Virus record (IMG/VR): IMGVR_UViG_3300036802_000003
Location: 32,001 to 96,000 of that record
DNA from: a virus
Taxonomy: Duplodnaviria; Caudoviricetes
Strand: one strand, 5' to 3'
DNA: 64,000 nucleotides
How positions within the stretch are numbered: position 1 is the stretch's first letter; each line of letters opens with the position of its first letter. A program made the translations under genes and the position numbers. Below the pieces are notes generated by a model. It searched no databases, had not been told where the DNA came from, and saw nothing but the letters and a program-made list of their open reading frames with translations. Positions 27,812 to 38,159 of the stretch are shown piece by piece.

Positions 27812-29104
27812 ATGACTAAAGAAATTATACAGGCATTCGAATTGCTAGAAGCTATAGGTGGAACTACATCAAGAACAGCTAAAGAAGACTTCCTAAGAGC
27901 AGGTGAGGATAACCAAGTATTTAAAGAGATTCTAAAGAGAACATACCATCCCGACTTAATATATGGAATTAAGAAGAAATCAAAGTCTATTACCTTAGAT
28001 ACTGATTTTGCCTCCCCCTCTACTATAGGAGGTAATTACGATGATTTCCTACAGCTTACTTCTGACCTAACTTTACGTAAGGTTACTGGTAACGCTGCAT
28101 TAGAAGCTCTGTCATTCTTCTTAGCAGGTTGTGGTAAGAAGGAAGCAGAATGGTATATGAAAGCTATCCAGAAGGACTTTAAGATTGGCATTACTGCCAA
28201 GAGCATCAATAAAGTGTATCCTGGGTTCATAGCTCAACACTCATGTGCTTTGGCTATGCCCCTGAAGACTTACCCTAAGCGTTATGCAGTAGATAAGAAA
28301 CTGGATGGCTACAGATGTAACGCCTTTAACTATGGTAATGGTAGGGTGCTTCTTAAGTCTAGAAATGGTAAGTTACTTACTGGGTACACTGGAATTGAAC
28401 AGGATATTGCTCAGTTGCCTGTTGGATATATGTATGATGGTGAGATTATGGCTCCCTCTGGTAAGTTTGCTGATGTACAAAAGTCTGCATTTAAGAAAGC
28501 AGATGACAAGATAGGGATACTCCACATATTTGATGCAGTACCTATAGAAGACTTCAATGTAGGAGAAAGTACTGCAATTCTTGAAGAGCGTATTGTCTTC
28601 CTAGAGTCGGTAGATGCAGAGTACATTCAAGAGCTTCCTTTATGGAATCTAGAATATGTAATTCCAGATGGAATCTTCTACGAGGACACTGAAGAGACTC
28701 AAGCAGAAGTGTTTAGTATCCATAGACGTAACAGACAAGCTGGTTATGAAGGTACTATGGTTAAGGACTTGGATGCTACATATAAGTGTAAACGTAGTCG
28801 TGACATCCAAAAGGTAGTAGATGTAGAAAGAGTTGACCTTGAAGTAGTGGGGTTTGAAGAAGGTAAAGAGGGAACTAAGAATGAAGGGGTATTAGGAGCT
28901 TTAGTCGTTGAGTACAAAGGTAATGAGGTATCTATTGGTGGAGGTTACACTGATGAGATGCGTGTAGACCTTTGGGCAAGACGCAATGAACTCATTAATA
29001 AGGTTATAGAGATTGAGTACCGAGAAGAGTCTACTAATAGTAAGACTGGTAAGAAGTCTCTACGTTTCCCTGAGTTTATAAGATTCCGTCCTGACAAAGA
29101 ATAG
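27812..29104 (+). CDS. lig: ATP-dependent DNA ligase
   Basis: KLDGYR, DGEI, FDAV, EGTMVK, SLRFPEF. Confidence 0.93.
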   Translation: MTKEIIQAFELLEAIGGTTSRTAKEDFLRAGEDNQVFKEILKRTYHPDLIYGIKKKSKSITLDTDFASPSTIGGNYDDFLQLTSDLTLRKVTGNAALEALSFFLAGCGKKEAEWYMKAIQKDFKIGITAKSINKVYPGFIAQHSCALAMPLKTYPKRYAVDKKLDGYRCNAFNYGNGRVLLKSRNGKLLTGYTGIEQDIAQLPVGYMYDGEIMAPSGKFADVQKSAFKKADDKIGILHIFDAVPIEDFNVGESTAILEERIVFLESVDAEYIQELPLWNLEYVIPDGIFYEDTEETQAEVFSIHRRNRQAGYEGTMVKDLDATYKCKRSRDIQKVVDVERVDLEVVGFEEGKEGTKNEGVLGALVVEYKGNEVSIGGGYTDEMRVDLWARRNELINKVIEIEYREESTNSKTGKKSLRFPEFIRFRPDKE

Positions 29105-29117
29105 GAGTGGTTAATGT

Positions 29118-29420
29118 ATGAAGGAATTTCTCAAAGCACTACAATATCGATCTATGATAGATAGCTCTCCTGTAGCTGGTGCTGTAGACGAGCAACACAA
29201 AAAGTTAAGAGAAGAGTATAAAGCTCTTGAAGGTAGACGTGCACTGTTTAGTAGTGGCTCTACCAAGGAAGTTCGTGTTATCCGAATAGTGGAAGCTCAC
29301 GAGAGATACCTACGAGTTAGTTATGAGTGCTTTGGGATGGACTACACGGTTGAAGTCTTTACCTGCATATGCTGGAATGGTATCTTCAGTGGGGAAGAAA
29401 GGATTAGTGACGTAGAATGA
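29118..29420 (+). CDS. late transcription accessory factor (SPO1 gp33-like)
   Basis: 100 aa; 4-bp ATGA overlap with a sigma gene, as in SPO1 genes 33/34. Confidence 0.5.
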   Translation: MKEFLKALQYRSMIDSSPVAGAVDEQHKKLREEYKALEGRRALFSSGSTKEVRVIRIVEAHERYLRVSYECFGMDYTVEVFTCICWNGIFSGEERISDVE

Positions 29421-29980
29421 ACGATATGACACCTCCTACTCATTTTGAGCCTGTGTATCTCTTCAATAAGTACGAACCACTTAGAAGAAAGATATACAAC
29501 AAGTTCAAAGACCAGATGGCTAACTACACAGATAGGGAAGAGTTGTCTGCTGAAATAGACCGTACATTCCTAAGTCTAGTAACGGAATACAACCCCCATC
29601 GGGGGGTTGACTTTCCCTACTATATTAAGAAGATGCTTGATTTACGTATCTTCCACTGGGTTAACAAGTACCATAAGAACATAAACCGTGAGACATACAG
29701 CAATGATGACAATGGTATTGTGGTGGAGGATACCCAGTATGCAGAGTTGCTTCAGCGTATAGTTGACCTTCATAGTATTGACCCAGACATCCAACTAGGA
29801 GAGAAACACAGAAATCTTATGATTGGGCTTCTAGTAGAGCAGAAGACTATCCAGCAGTTAGCAGAGGAAGAAGGGGTACCTGCTAATAGGCTTCATGCTA
29901 GATTGTACTTCTTAATACAGAAATTTGACAAAGAGTATGCAAGACTAATTGAGTGGTGGGGAGAGGACTTATATGACTAA
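29417..29980 (+). CDS. phage sigma factor (SPO1 gp34-like, late genes)
   Basis: EYNPHRGVDFPYY region 2; C-terminal HTH TIQQLAEEEG. Confidence 0.8.
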   Translation: MNDMTPPTHFEPVYLFNKYEPLRRKIYNKFKDQMANYTDREELSAEIDRTFLSLVTEYNPHRGVDFPYYIKKMLDLRIFHWVNKYHKNINRETYSNDDNGIVVEDTQYAELLQRIVDLHSIDPDIQLGEKHRNLMIGLLVEQKTIQQLAEEEGVPANRLHARLYFLIQKFDKEYARLIEWWGEDLYD

Positions 29981-30368
29981 TGAATACCAAATGAAGAAGC
30001 ATGAGGAAGCTATGGCAACCAGGGTTAATGATATTTTAAAAGCTATAGCCAGCTTTGAGAAATTTCACCGTAACCTTGACAAGATAGACAGTCCTATACA
30101 GCTTATGACTATCGTAGAAGACTGTCTAGTTTCTTGTGGTTCTGAACCTAAGCCACACTTCCTAGAAGTCAGTACCAATTTTGTACAAGTATATACATTA
30201 GTTAAGATGAATGCTAACCTGTATCCATTCTTTGCGGATGACCACCCACAAAATGATAGATTTCATAAGGTTGTAACACAGACCCTCCTTGGGACGGATT
30301 TAATAGAGTCCGTTAAGTGGCTACCCAAAGAGAATGGCTCAATTTTATTGGTGACAAGGAGGGTATAA
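29973..30368 (+). CDS. hypothetical protein
   Basis: ORF with RBS GAGGA. Confidence 0.65.
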   Translation: MTNEYQMKKHEEAMATRVNDILKAIASFEKFHRNLDKIDSPIQLMTIVEDCLVSCGSEPKPHFLEVSTNFVQVYTLVKMNANLYPFFADDHPQNDRFHKVVTQTLLGTDLIESVKWLPKENGSILLVTRRV

Positions 30369-30369
30369 G

Positions 30370-30744
30370 ATGATAGCGGTTATTATCGAGGGGTGGTCAG
30401 ACCATAATGCTATTCGCAGAGTCTACAGCCCAAAAGACGTTCAAACCATAGTAACTAATGGTACTAAAATGAATAACCGTATCAGTGAGCAGATTCAGGA
30501 AGCCTTAGACATGGGGCTTCCTACTTTCATATTATCTGACCCTGATAAGGCTGGAGATGACCTTGCTAGCATGGTTAAGAGTAACTTTAATATCTCTAGG
30601 CTCACGGTAGACCCTGATAAGGCAAAGCAGGAGCGTATGTTTAGAACAAAATATGGCATTGAGTATTGCACTGATGAATATTTAAAAGAGTTACTGGAGG
30701 GAGCGGTTCAGTATGGAAGGCACAAAAATATGCATCGCCTGTGA
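30370..30744 (+). CDS. TOPRIM-domain protein, RNase M5-like
   Basis: IIEGWSD, TNG, ILSDPDKAG, GIEY. Confidence 0.75.
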   Translation: MIAVIIEGWSDHNAIRRVYSPKDVQTIVTNGTKMNNRISEQIQEALDMGLPTFILSDPDKAGDDLASMVKSNFNISRLTVDPDKAKQERMFRTKYGIEYCTDEYLKELLEGAVQYGRHKNMHRL

Positions 30745-31006
30745 TTTAGAGCTATCTGTGGATGAGTTCCATAGAGACAAGAAGTCTCCTGATGGAAGAG
30801 TACGCAAATGTAAATTGTGTACTAAGATGAACAGAGGAGCAAAGAAACCTATCACTAAAAGCAGAAGTGTATCCCTTACGGCTATCAGGCTGTCTAGAGC
30901 AATAAATACCCTTGCTAAACGCATGAAGATTCCAGTAAGTATTCAAGTGAACAATGACACGTCCATTACTGTTACTATCAAGGGGGAGACATCAGATGAA
31001 GAATAA
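30713..31006 (+). CDS. small zinc-ribbon protein
   Basis: KICIAC...F..DKKSPDG....CKLC. Confidence 0.6.
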   Translation: MEGTKICIACDLELSVDEFHRDKKSPDGRVRKCKLCTKMNRGAKKPITKSRSVSLTAIRLSRAINTLAKRMKIPVSIQVNNDTSITVTIKGETSDEE

Positions 31007-31622
31007 GGGTAAGGGAATTGTAATACAAGGTAGTGTTGGGGCAGGAAAGAGTACTCTAGCTGAGATGTTAGCAGCGCACACAGGTATTACTTTATTTAGA
31101 GAACCAGTCAAGAGTAACCCTTATCTAGAGGACTACTACAAAGATCCGCATAAACATGGTTATGCAATGCAGGTATTCCTATTACATGAACGCTTCAAGC
31201 AAGCCCTACATGCAACTCGATTAGACGAACACATTATGGATATGAGCATGTATGGAAACTTAATATTTGCTTCTATTATGACTCAAGAGGGCATTATATC
31301 TGAGCGTAATATGAATGACTATATTAATATGTTCCATCAATTCCGTAAGCTGACTGAACCACCAGCACTTATGGTCTACTTAAAGTGCTCCACTGATGAA
31401 TGTATCAACCGAATTCAAAAAAGAAATAGGAAATCGGAGTTGGACGTAGAGCGTTCGTATTGGGAGAAGCTAAACCAAGCGTATGAGGTGTGGTACAGAA
31501 CATACTCCTACAGTCCTAAGGTTGAAATTGACGTTACAAATATCAACATAGTTGATAGCAAGGAATCAGCTCACTATGTAATGGAGACTATTATGAAAGA
31601 ACACGTCAAGGCTACCCTCTAG
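30996..31622 (+). CDS. deoxynucleoside kinase (dGK/dAK family)
   Basis: GSVGAGKST, EPV..NPYL..YY, RIQKRNR..E. Confidence 0.88.
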   Translation: MKNKGKGIVIQGSVGAGKSTLAEMLAAHTGITLFREPVKSNPYLEDYYKDPHKHGYAMQVFLLHERFKQALHATRLDEHIMDMSMYGNLIFASIMTQEGIISERNMNDYINMFHQFRKLTEPPALMVYLKCSTDECINRIQKRNRKSELDVERSYWEKLNQAYEVWYRTYSYSPKVEIDVTNINIVDSKESAHYVMETIMKEHVKATL

Positions 31623-31652
31623 GGTAGTCTTTTTCTTTATATGCCTACTGGT

Positions 31653-31681
31653 TTGACTTTTTTCAGGGATTCGGAAAAAAT
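31653..31681 (+). promoter_or_regulatory. sigma-A-type promoter
   Basis: TTGACT-N17-AAAAAT after a terminator. Confidence 0.5.
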
Positions 31682-31729
31682 AAGGGTGTGGTCGAGGGAC
31701 ACACCAAGCATAAAGGAGAGGTGATATTC

Positions 31730-31951
31730 GTGCGTATTAACAGAATAGTAGGGGAATGTAGTTGTAACAACTGTTTGGACAGAGGTTTGACAGAAGCCTA
31801 TAAGATATATGTAGGTAGAACTAATACTACAACCACGATAGTCTTGTGTACCCAGTGCTTAATTAAGCTGAATGCTGACATTAACAGCAAGATTGGGATG
31901 ATAGCTATGAGGCATACCGTCGATTCCCTTCAACAAGGTAGGGAGGAATAA
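31730..31951 (+). CDS. small Cys-rich hypothetical protein
   Basis: RBS AAGGAGAGG; CNNC..CTQC. Confidence 0.6.
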   Translation: MRINRIVGECSCNNCLDRGLTEAYKIYVGRTNTTTTIVLCTQCLIKLNADINSKIGMIAMRHTVDSLQQGREE

Positions 31952-31954
31952 GTA

Positions 31955-32182
31955 GTGAACATAAAGATTAACTACATCGCTGACCTTAGACTACGACAGG
32001 TAGAGGTCAGAACAGGAACTACAGTATTCCTAGTAGATGTAGAACACTTCCATAGAATAACAGAAGCAGATATAGAATCTATAGAAGGTCGTAGAGGGAC
32101 TTTGGTTCTAAGTAGTAACCTCTACATAAGCCTTAGGAAGGAGGCTACACATGTCGGCAGACTTAGAGGAACTGAAGCGTAA
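31955..32182 (+). CDS. hypothetical protein
   Basis: ORF with GGAGG RBS. Confidence 0.6.
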   Translation: MNIKINYIADLRLRQVEVRTGTTVFLVDVEHFHRITEADIESIEGRRGTLVLSSNLYISLRKEATHVGRLRGTEA

Positions 32183-32375
32183 GGCACTCCTAGCACGAAA
32201 CAGTAAGAAACAACCTAAAGGAGCTTCAGCCCTTACACAAGAGGATATGATGCTGGTACTTCATCCAGATGAGGCACAACTGATACTAGATTTCATGTAT
32301 GGAGCTATCCAGTGTAAAGAACTAAAGGCTGACCACAAGTTAGCTCTTAATATAATTGACCATATGGAGGGGTAG
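32151..32375 (+). CDS. hypothetical protein
   Basis: ORF with AGGAGG RBS. Confidence 0.65.
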   Translation: MSADLEELKRKALLARNSKKQPKGASALTQEDMMLVLHPDEAQLILDFMYGAIQCKELKADHKLALNIIDHMEG

Positions 32376-32378
32376 ATA

Positions 32379-32690
32379 ATGATGACAAATGGTGAAGTAA
32401 GGGATGAAGCAGTAAAGGTATTGGAAGAGTGGGCACAAGAGAAGCCAGAAATGTTTGTATCTGGTGGAGAGCCTAGTTTCTGTTGGGAGATGAGACATTC
32501 AGCTATCAGAAAGGTGCTAGAGGATAATAACCTTACTGAGTACATGGATGACATTGAACAGATTGATGGTTTCTTACACTATAGTCATCTAGCAACAGCA
32601 AGAAAGTATGTAGAAGAGTACCTAGAAGAGGAACATGGTAAGTTTAGTAAGGTGGCTGAAGTAGGTCACAGACAATCAGACTTTATGTAG
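32379..32690 (+). CDS. hypothetical protein
   Basis: ORF with RBS. Confidence 0.65.
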   Translation: MMTNGEVRDEAVKVLEEWAQEKPEMFVSGGEPSFCWEMRHSAIRKVLEDNNLTEYMDDIEQIDGFLHYSHLATARKYVEEYLEEEHGKFSKVAEVGHRQSDFM

Positions 32691-32730
32691 AAGGACATGA
32701 AAAACTATTACACAAGTAAGGAGAAAGCAA

Positions 32731-33027
32731 ATGAAGACCGAAATAGCAAATAAGATTACGGAAGCACCAGAGGGGGTAAAGGAAGAGAGCCAAGCGGTAG
32801 AGAGGGTTATGAACCGCTTGCCTTTACACCAAGCACCTCATGATAAGATGTTCCCTAAAGTTAATGGTTTACGTACCTTTAATGGAGAAGCATGGATTGA
32901 CTTTGATATAGAGAGGTACGAACGATTAATACCTCTCACTAATAAGAGTCGGATTAAAAGGCGTATGCAGAAGGACATGGTCTTCATGAAGAAATACCGA
33001 GAAGACAGACTAAGGAGACAACTTTGA
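32731..33027 (+). CDS. hypothetical protein
   Basis: ORF with RBS; terminator hairpin at 3' end. Confidence 0.65.
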   Translation: MKTEIANKITEAPEGVKEESQAVERVMNRLPLHQAPHDKMFPKVNGLRTFNGEAWIDFDIERYERLIPLTNKSRIKRRMQKDMVFMKKYREDRLRRQL

Positions 33028-33144
33028 TGTTGTCTCCTTTTTTATTTACTGTAAGAGAATTGATTTGCTTTTCTCTCTGTTTCGTGTGAAAATTGACTCA
33101 TGGAAGTCAGAAGTACATTGAGTCTAAAAGGAGAGGTGTATAAA

Positions 33145-33816
33145 ATGGATAGCTTAACAGTTGGTGAATGGAGAATACTTTTGCTTAGCAAGTGTGTAGA
33201 GGAAGACGCTGATCTGTACATGTACACTGATGTGTTACGCAGAGAAGGTAAGAGAGCGATTCTATCAATCACTAAGGAAGATGCTAAGGTTCTGAATGAG
33301 TACCTTGCAGATGGGCAGGGTGAACACTTTAGAGAGCAACTTAGAAAAGAGTGGATATTCACTGGTAAGGTAAAAGACAACGGTAGAGGTAATAAAACAA
33401 CATGTGAATACTGCCAACATCAGCAGATTAGATATAGATACTTATGCAAGAATACTAAAACTGGCGTGTATCTGGAACTTGGTAGCGTGTGCGTAGGTTA
33501 CATCGTACATGGGGAAGCTAAGATGAAGGATAAAGAGTTTAGTAAGAATTTCGTAGAAGGCTTAGATAGTCTTAGAAAGAAACCTTATACTCCAGACCCA
33601 CAAGATGTGGAGCATAGACGTAATCATCAGATGGATGCTATCCGATATGCAGCAGGAATTATACATAGTGCTGGGCATGGGGAGAATAGTTTCTTCCAAA
33701 GCCTACAAAAGCAATGGAACGAGGGTAATGCTCTATCTGATAAGCAGTTTGATGCTTTAAAGAATATGGCAATCAGAATACGTGAGGCACGTAAACGTAA
33801 GGAGGTAGCACAATAA
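33145..33816 (+). CDS. hypothetical zinc-binding protein
   Basis: CEYC.H..IRY...GSVC; own promoter at 33065-33093. Confidence 0.7.
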   Translation: MDSLTVGEWRILLLSKCVEEDADLYMYTDVLRREGKRAILSITKEDAKVLNEYLADGQGEHFREQLRKEWIFTGKVKDNGRGNKTTCEYCQHQQIRYRYLCKNTKTGVYLELGSVCVGYIVHGEAKMKDKEFSKNFVEGLDSLRKKPYTPDPQDVEHRRNHQMDAIRYAAGIIHSAGHGENSFFQSLQKQWNEGNALSDKQFDALKNMAIRIREARKRKEVAQ

Positions 33817-34076
33817 TGCCTGAGATGTATGTGATGTTTAAGCCAGGCTCTGTAATGTTATGTGCAAAGGAGATAGATTTTAGAGGCACCATTATACCAG
33901 CAGGCACTACTGGGGTAGTAGAAACTGTTAGCTTAGATGCGAAAGAGGGCAGACACTATACAATCTACTTTAAGGTAGTCCTAATGGATGGTTGGAGAAA
34001 AGAAGAGGATGTACCCTATATCTTTACAGAAGAGCGAATTAAGGAACTGGGTATTAAGCTTATTCAAACGCCATGA
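33816..34076 (+). CDS. hypothetical protein (paralog of 34864)
   Basis: GT.G....V...Y.I.F...ELGIK shared. Confidence 0.65.
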   Translation: MPEMYVMFKPGSVMLCAKEIDFRGTIIPAGTTGVVETVSLDAKEGRHYTIYFKVVLMDGWRKEEDVPYIFTEERIKELGIKLIQTP

Positions 34077-34420
34077 GGGTCTTATGTACGGGTAGTAGAG
34101 ACTTCGAGAACGTTGATATGGTAATAGATGCTCTACTGGAACTCCCAGTAGACTCTGTTATCATACACGGTGGTGCTAGGGGATTAGATAAGATAGTTGA
34201 TACGGTTGCTAGATACTTGGGCTTTAAAGTAGAAGTATATAAGGCTGAATGGAAAGGTGATAAGCGGGAGGGCTTATACCGTAATAGCCAAATGTTACAC
34301 GAGGGTAAACCTGAATATGGTCTAGGCTTCAGAAGTAAGCTGAACAGTAAAGGGACTAACGACATGCTCATGAAGATGGGGCAGGCAGGGATACCACATA
34401 AAATTTATAACGATTTCTAG
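34073..34420 (+). CDS. SLOG/YspA-like (DUF2493) protein
   Basis: LCTGSRDF, IHGGARGLD, RNSQML, SKGT.DM. Confidence 0.85.
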   Translation: MRVLCTGSRDFENVDMVIDALLELPVDSVIIHGGARGLDKIVDTVARYLGFKVEVYKAEWKGDKREGLYRNSQMLHEGKPEYGLGFRSKLNSKGTNDMLMKMGQAGIPHKIYNDF

Positions 34421-34432
34421 GGGGATATACCA

Positions 34433-34864
34433 ATGGGACTAGAGCATAGAAATGTATCTATAACTAATGAGGATTTAGACAAAGGAGAGAAGTTAATTAA
34501 GCTAACAACAGAGAAGGCATTCCAGAAGCTAATGGAAGGTAAGGAAATCTTTGCTAGATTCCAAACCGTTACCTATGAGCATATAAAAGGATGTAGGAGG
34601 TGTGATAAAGCAAGAAAGGGTAACTTCTGTAGTGAGTGCGGTTCCCAACTAACGGATAATCTACCTAGAGAAGTCATCAAGGATAAAAGATGGCTAGGTC
34701 TAGAGCTAAAGTGGAAAGAAGATAGTGAAGAGTTTAAGGAAGCTGAAAGAGAATTATGGGAATTCACTAACCATCCATTCTCTGGTGGACGCACATATAA
34801 GAAGTCTGGTGTGCAGTTAGGATACTTCACACAAATACAAGTTTGGTACTGGAGGGGTTATTAA
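34433..34864 (+). CDS. hypothetical zinc-ribbon protein
   Basis: CRRC...FCSECG. Confidence 0.65.
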   Translation: MGLEHRNVSITNEDLDKGEKLIKLTTEKAFQKLMEGKEIFARFQTVTYEHIKGCRRCDKARKGNFCSECGSQLTDNLPREVIKDKRWLGLELKWKEDSEEFKEAERELWEFTNHPFSGGRTYKKSGVQLGYFTQIQVWYWRGY

Positions 34865-35232
34865 TGAAGAATAGAGAAGGTAAAGAGATATTAGAGATTG
34901 GTAAGAGACCTTGGAATCTACAGATAACACCAGAGTTTAAGCCCGTATACACAATGAAGTGCATCATAATCTTGGGTACAGGAGTCACTGTTAGTAAGAG
35001 CCACTACCTAGATGACCAAGGTTCAGAGTTAAGGGAAGGTACTAAAGGGATAATTCAGGAAGTAAGGATAACAAAGGATAAGACAATGTACTCTATACTG
35101 TTTGAAGAAGTACACTGGATATTTGAAGATATGGGTGGAGCATATGGTAGTGTTGAAGCTAGCACCTTGTGGTACACTGTGGAGAAGATGGATGAGCTAG
35201 GTATTAAAGTAGATGGGAGAGATGTAAAGTGA
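34864..35232 (+). CDS. hypothetical protein (paralog of 33816)
   Basis: GGAGG RBS; shared motifs. Confidence 0.65.
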   Translation: MKNREGKEILEIGKRPWNLQITPEFKPVYTMKCIIILGTGVTVSKSHYLDDQGSELREGTKGIIQEVRITKDKTMYSILFEEVHWIFEDMGGAYGSVEASTLWYTVEKMDELGIKVDGRDVK

Positions 35233-35840
35233 AGAGCACATTAGAAGAGGTAATAGGGGGTAAGCTTCAAAATAAGCCTAAACAGGCTGTACTAAAAGCT
35301 AATGGTGATCTGGAGATTATCCAGTATAATGACCAGATAGTGGAGTTCATTAACTGTCATGAGTGTAATTGTCAGCACCTTACTCATCAAGAGAGCTATC
35401 TAGAAATAATAGGTAACCTACATGTGGGGGGTGCCAATGGGGGTGGTCTTTTAGGTAATGGGGATTGGAAGAACATTGGTGTTCCTACTTATTACTTCTG
35501 TATAAATAATCATTGTCTGTCTGACTACATGCGTAGGGTAGAGCTGAAAGAGTTAACTGAACAAGGTCAGATACCAAACATACATCATAAGTCAAGGTTT
35601 TATGCTACTGTACCTTTGCCTATTTCAAGCACGGGTTATATAAAGAGTCATAACACCTTAGAGGTAGTAACTATTGATGAAAATGAGGTCAGAATTAGAA
35701 CTGATGTTTATATAGAGGGTGGAGGTAGAAAGCCTAGGGAGTTGACAATACAAGGGTTTATACTTCAAGGATGGTTAGAAGAAGGTAAACTAGAGGTACT
35801 TGAAGACACCGTAGTCCCTGACCCTACGGAACGTCCTTGA
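35229..35840 (+). CDS. hypothetical protein
   Basis: ORF with GTGA overlap. Confidence 0.65.
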   Translation: MKSTLEEVIGGKLQNKPKQAVLKANGDLEIIQYNDQIVEFINCHECNCQHLTHQESYLEIIGNLHVGGANGGGLLGNGDWKNIGVPTYYFCINNHCLSDYMRRVELKELTEQGQIPNIHHKSRFYATVPLPISSTGYIKSHNTLEVVTIDENEVRIRTDVYIEGGGRKPRELTIQGFILQGWLEEGKLEVLEDTVVPDPTERP

Positions 35841-35865
35841 TTTCTGTTTCCAGTCGTGAGAAAAT
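35830..35865 (+). promoter_or_regulatory. sigma-A-type promoter with AACGTCC upstream element
   Basis: AACGTCC-TTGATT-N17-GAAAAT. Confidence 0.6.
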
Positions 35866-35925
35866 GGTCTTGTGAGAGGGAGGGAAGCCTCCCCTACAGA
35901 CCAGAGCTAAAAGGAGAGGGTATTA

Positions 35926-37959
35926 GTGAGTAAATTTATTGATGGGTTAAACCCAAGCCAAGAGAAAGCAGTATTAGCAATAGATGGACGTGTTCAAATC
36001 AACGCAGTAGCAGGTTCAGGTAAGACTCGTGTTCTAACACACCGTACAGCACATATGGTTACTGACCTTAAAATCAAGCCTAAGAATATCATGTTAACAA
36101 CGTTTACTAAGAAGGCTAGTGAAGAGATGACTGAGCGTCTTAGCAAGTTGTTACCACAGATGAAGCTTATGCAGTTAACAATTGGTACTACACATTCCAT
36201 CGGTTACCGTATTCTGAAGAAGGAATATGAGGCTCTAGGTAATCCCCTATTCCAAGCGTTTAAGAAGAAGGATGGAGTACTAATGGGTGCATCTCAAAAG
36301 TACTTTGCTGAGAGTGTTATCAAGTCTATCATGATGGATAGAACTGTTGAGTTCAATATCAAAGAAGAGCTAAGAGATATGCCAGTTCCAGGGCTACTGA
36401 AGGTAGTAGGCTTAACTAAGAATGAAGGTAGAGACTACAAAGAGTTTGAGGAAGAGAATGCAGGTAAGGGTACTAGAATGGACTGCTATATTGAGTTCTT
36501 CAGACGCTATGAGCTTGCTAAAGCTAGTCAGAATAAGATTGATGGGGACGACATGCTTTACCTTACATGGAAGCTATTTAAAGAGCACCCAGAAATCCTT
36601 AAAAAGTACCAAGACATCTACAAATACATACTAGTGGATGAAGCACAAGATAGCAACTCATTACAATACGAACTAATGAGCATGCTGGCTTATCCAGAGA
36701 ATAACTTATTTATCGTAGGTGATGATGACCAGTCTATGTATGGTTTCCGTGGTGCAAGACCAGAACAGTTTATCGAATTTAGCTCTGCATTTGGTGGCGT
36801 ACAGTCTATTGCACTAGAGGATAACTACCGTAGTAACCCAGCAATCCTAGAGATTGCTAACAACCTTATCAAACATAATACTAAGCGTATTAAGAAGACG
36901 CTTAAAGCACATAAGCAAGATGATAGTGATTGCGTAGCATTATCTGTATTCAAGGATGAGACAGAGGAAGCTAAACAGGTAGTAGAGGATATCAAGATTC
37001 AGGTAGAGAAGAAAGGTAGAAACCACAAGGATATTGCAGTACTTTACCGTACTAATGCTCAATCTCGTGCTATTGAAGATGAGTTAATCATGGCAGGTCT
37101 ACCATACGTTATCCATGGAGGTATCTCTTTCTATGAACGTAAAGAGGTTAAAGACCTTGTATCCTACCTGCAATTAGCGGTTAACCCAGACAATAACCAA
37201 GCATTCAAACGTGTATACAATGTACCTAGTCGATACTTGGGTAAAGAGTTCTACGCTAAGGTAAGTGCTTTTGATGGATCACATTGGGAAGCTATTCTGT
37301 CTGGTAAGCTGAAGCTACAAAACTATCAAGTTAAAGGCTCTCTAGAGTTTGCAGGGGTTATTAAAGACCTACAAGAGATGTTGCAAGAGGGTGCAACTCC
37401 TACAGACTTAGTTAATCATCTGTTAGATAATGTTGGTTATAAGGACTACATCTTAGGTGAGGAAGAAGAGGAAGAGAGTAGCCGTATGGAGAATATTGCA
37501 ACTCTACAATATGTTCTAGACCGTTATGAGAACATTGAAGACTTCCTAGGCTACATCGAGTTAATGACTTCTCAAGCTAAACATAGTATTGATGGAGTTC
37601 AGTTAATGACTATCCATAAGAGTAAGGGTCTTGAGTTCCCTGTAGCATTCTGTGTGGGTGTATCTGAAGGAGTATTACCTCACTTTAGAGCAGTAGAGGC
37701 AGCAGAGAATGGTAAGCCTTTAGCGGTAGAGGAAGAGCGTAGATTACTATACGTTGGTATTACTAGAGCAGAGAGTGAAGTGTATGTATCTTGTCTACAA
37801 GGCTTCAATGGTAGACGTTGTAAGGTAAGTCGCTTTGCTAGAGAGTTAGGTATTGGTGCCTTCAATGCTAAGAAAATAAATGAAGAGTATCAAGGCAGAG
37901 TGCTAGACCCTATTCTTAGAGAACAGCAGGAGATTATGAGAGGTGCAGTGGGGGAGTAA
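35926..37959 (+). CDS. pcrA: UvrD/PcrA superfamily 1 helicase
   Basis: AGSGKT, VDEAQD, VGDDDQS.YGFRGA, NYRS, TIHKSKGLEF, EERRLLYVGITRA. Confidence 0.95.
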   Translation: MSKFIDGLNPSQEKAVLAIDGRVQINAVAGSGKTRVLTHRTAHMVTDLKIKPKNIMLTTFTKKASEEMTERLSKLLPQMKLMQLTIGTTHSIGYRILKKEYEALGNPLFQAFKKKDGVLMGASQKYFAESVIKSIMMDRTVEFNIKEELRDMPVPGLLKVVGLTKNEGRDYKEFEEENAGKGTRMDCYIEFFRRYELAKASQNKIDGDDMLYLTWKLFKEHPEILKKYQDIYKYILVDEAQDSNSLQYELMSMLAYPENNLFIVGDDDQSMYGFRGARPEQFIEFSSAFGGVQSIALEDNYRSNPAILEIANNLIKHNTKRIKKTLKAHKQDDSDCVALSVFKDETEEAKQVVEDIKIQVEKKGRNHKDIAVLYRTNAQSRAIEDELIMAGLPYVIHGGISFYERKEVKDLVSYLQLAVNPDNNQAFKRVYNVPSRYLGKEFYAKVSAFDGSHWEAILSGKLKLQNYQVKGSLEFAGVIKDLQEMLQEGATPTDLVNHLLDNVGYKDYILGEEEEEESSRMENIATLQYVLDRYENIEDFLGYIELMTSQAKHSIDGVQLMTIHKSKGLEFPVAFCVGVSEGVLPHFRAVEAAENGKPLAVEEERRLLYVGITRAESEVYVSCLQGFNGRRCKVSRFARELGIGAFNAKKINEEYQGRVLDPILREQQEIMRGAVGE

Positions 37960-38159
37960 TCCCCCTTCTTGCTTCTTTAGAAGAAGGGTATACATTAGTT
38001 AAATGTGGGAATTGTTACCACCCATACAGTACATCTCCAAAGTTTAGTGATACCCAGCCTGATGAAGTAGAGGATGGCTTGTGTCCTACCTGTGAGAAGT
38101 TAGAGAAAGAGCTAGATATAGTTTGGTAAACAGACAACCGAGAAAAAGGAGAGGTTCAG

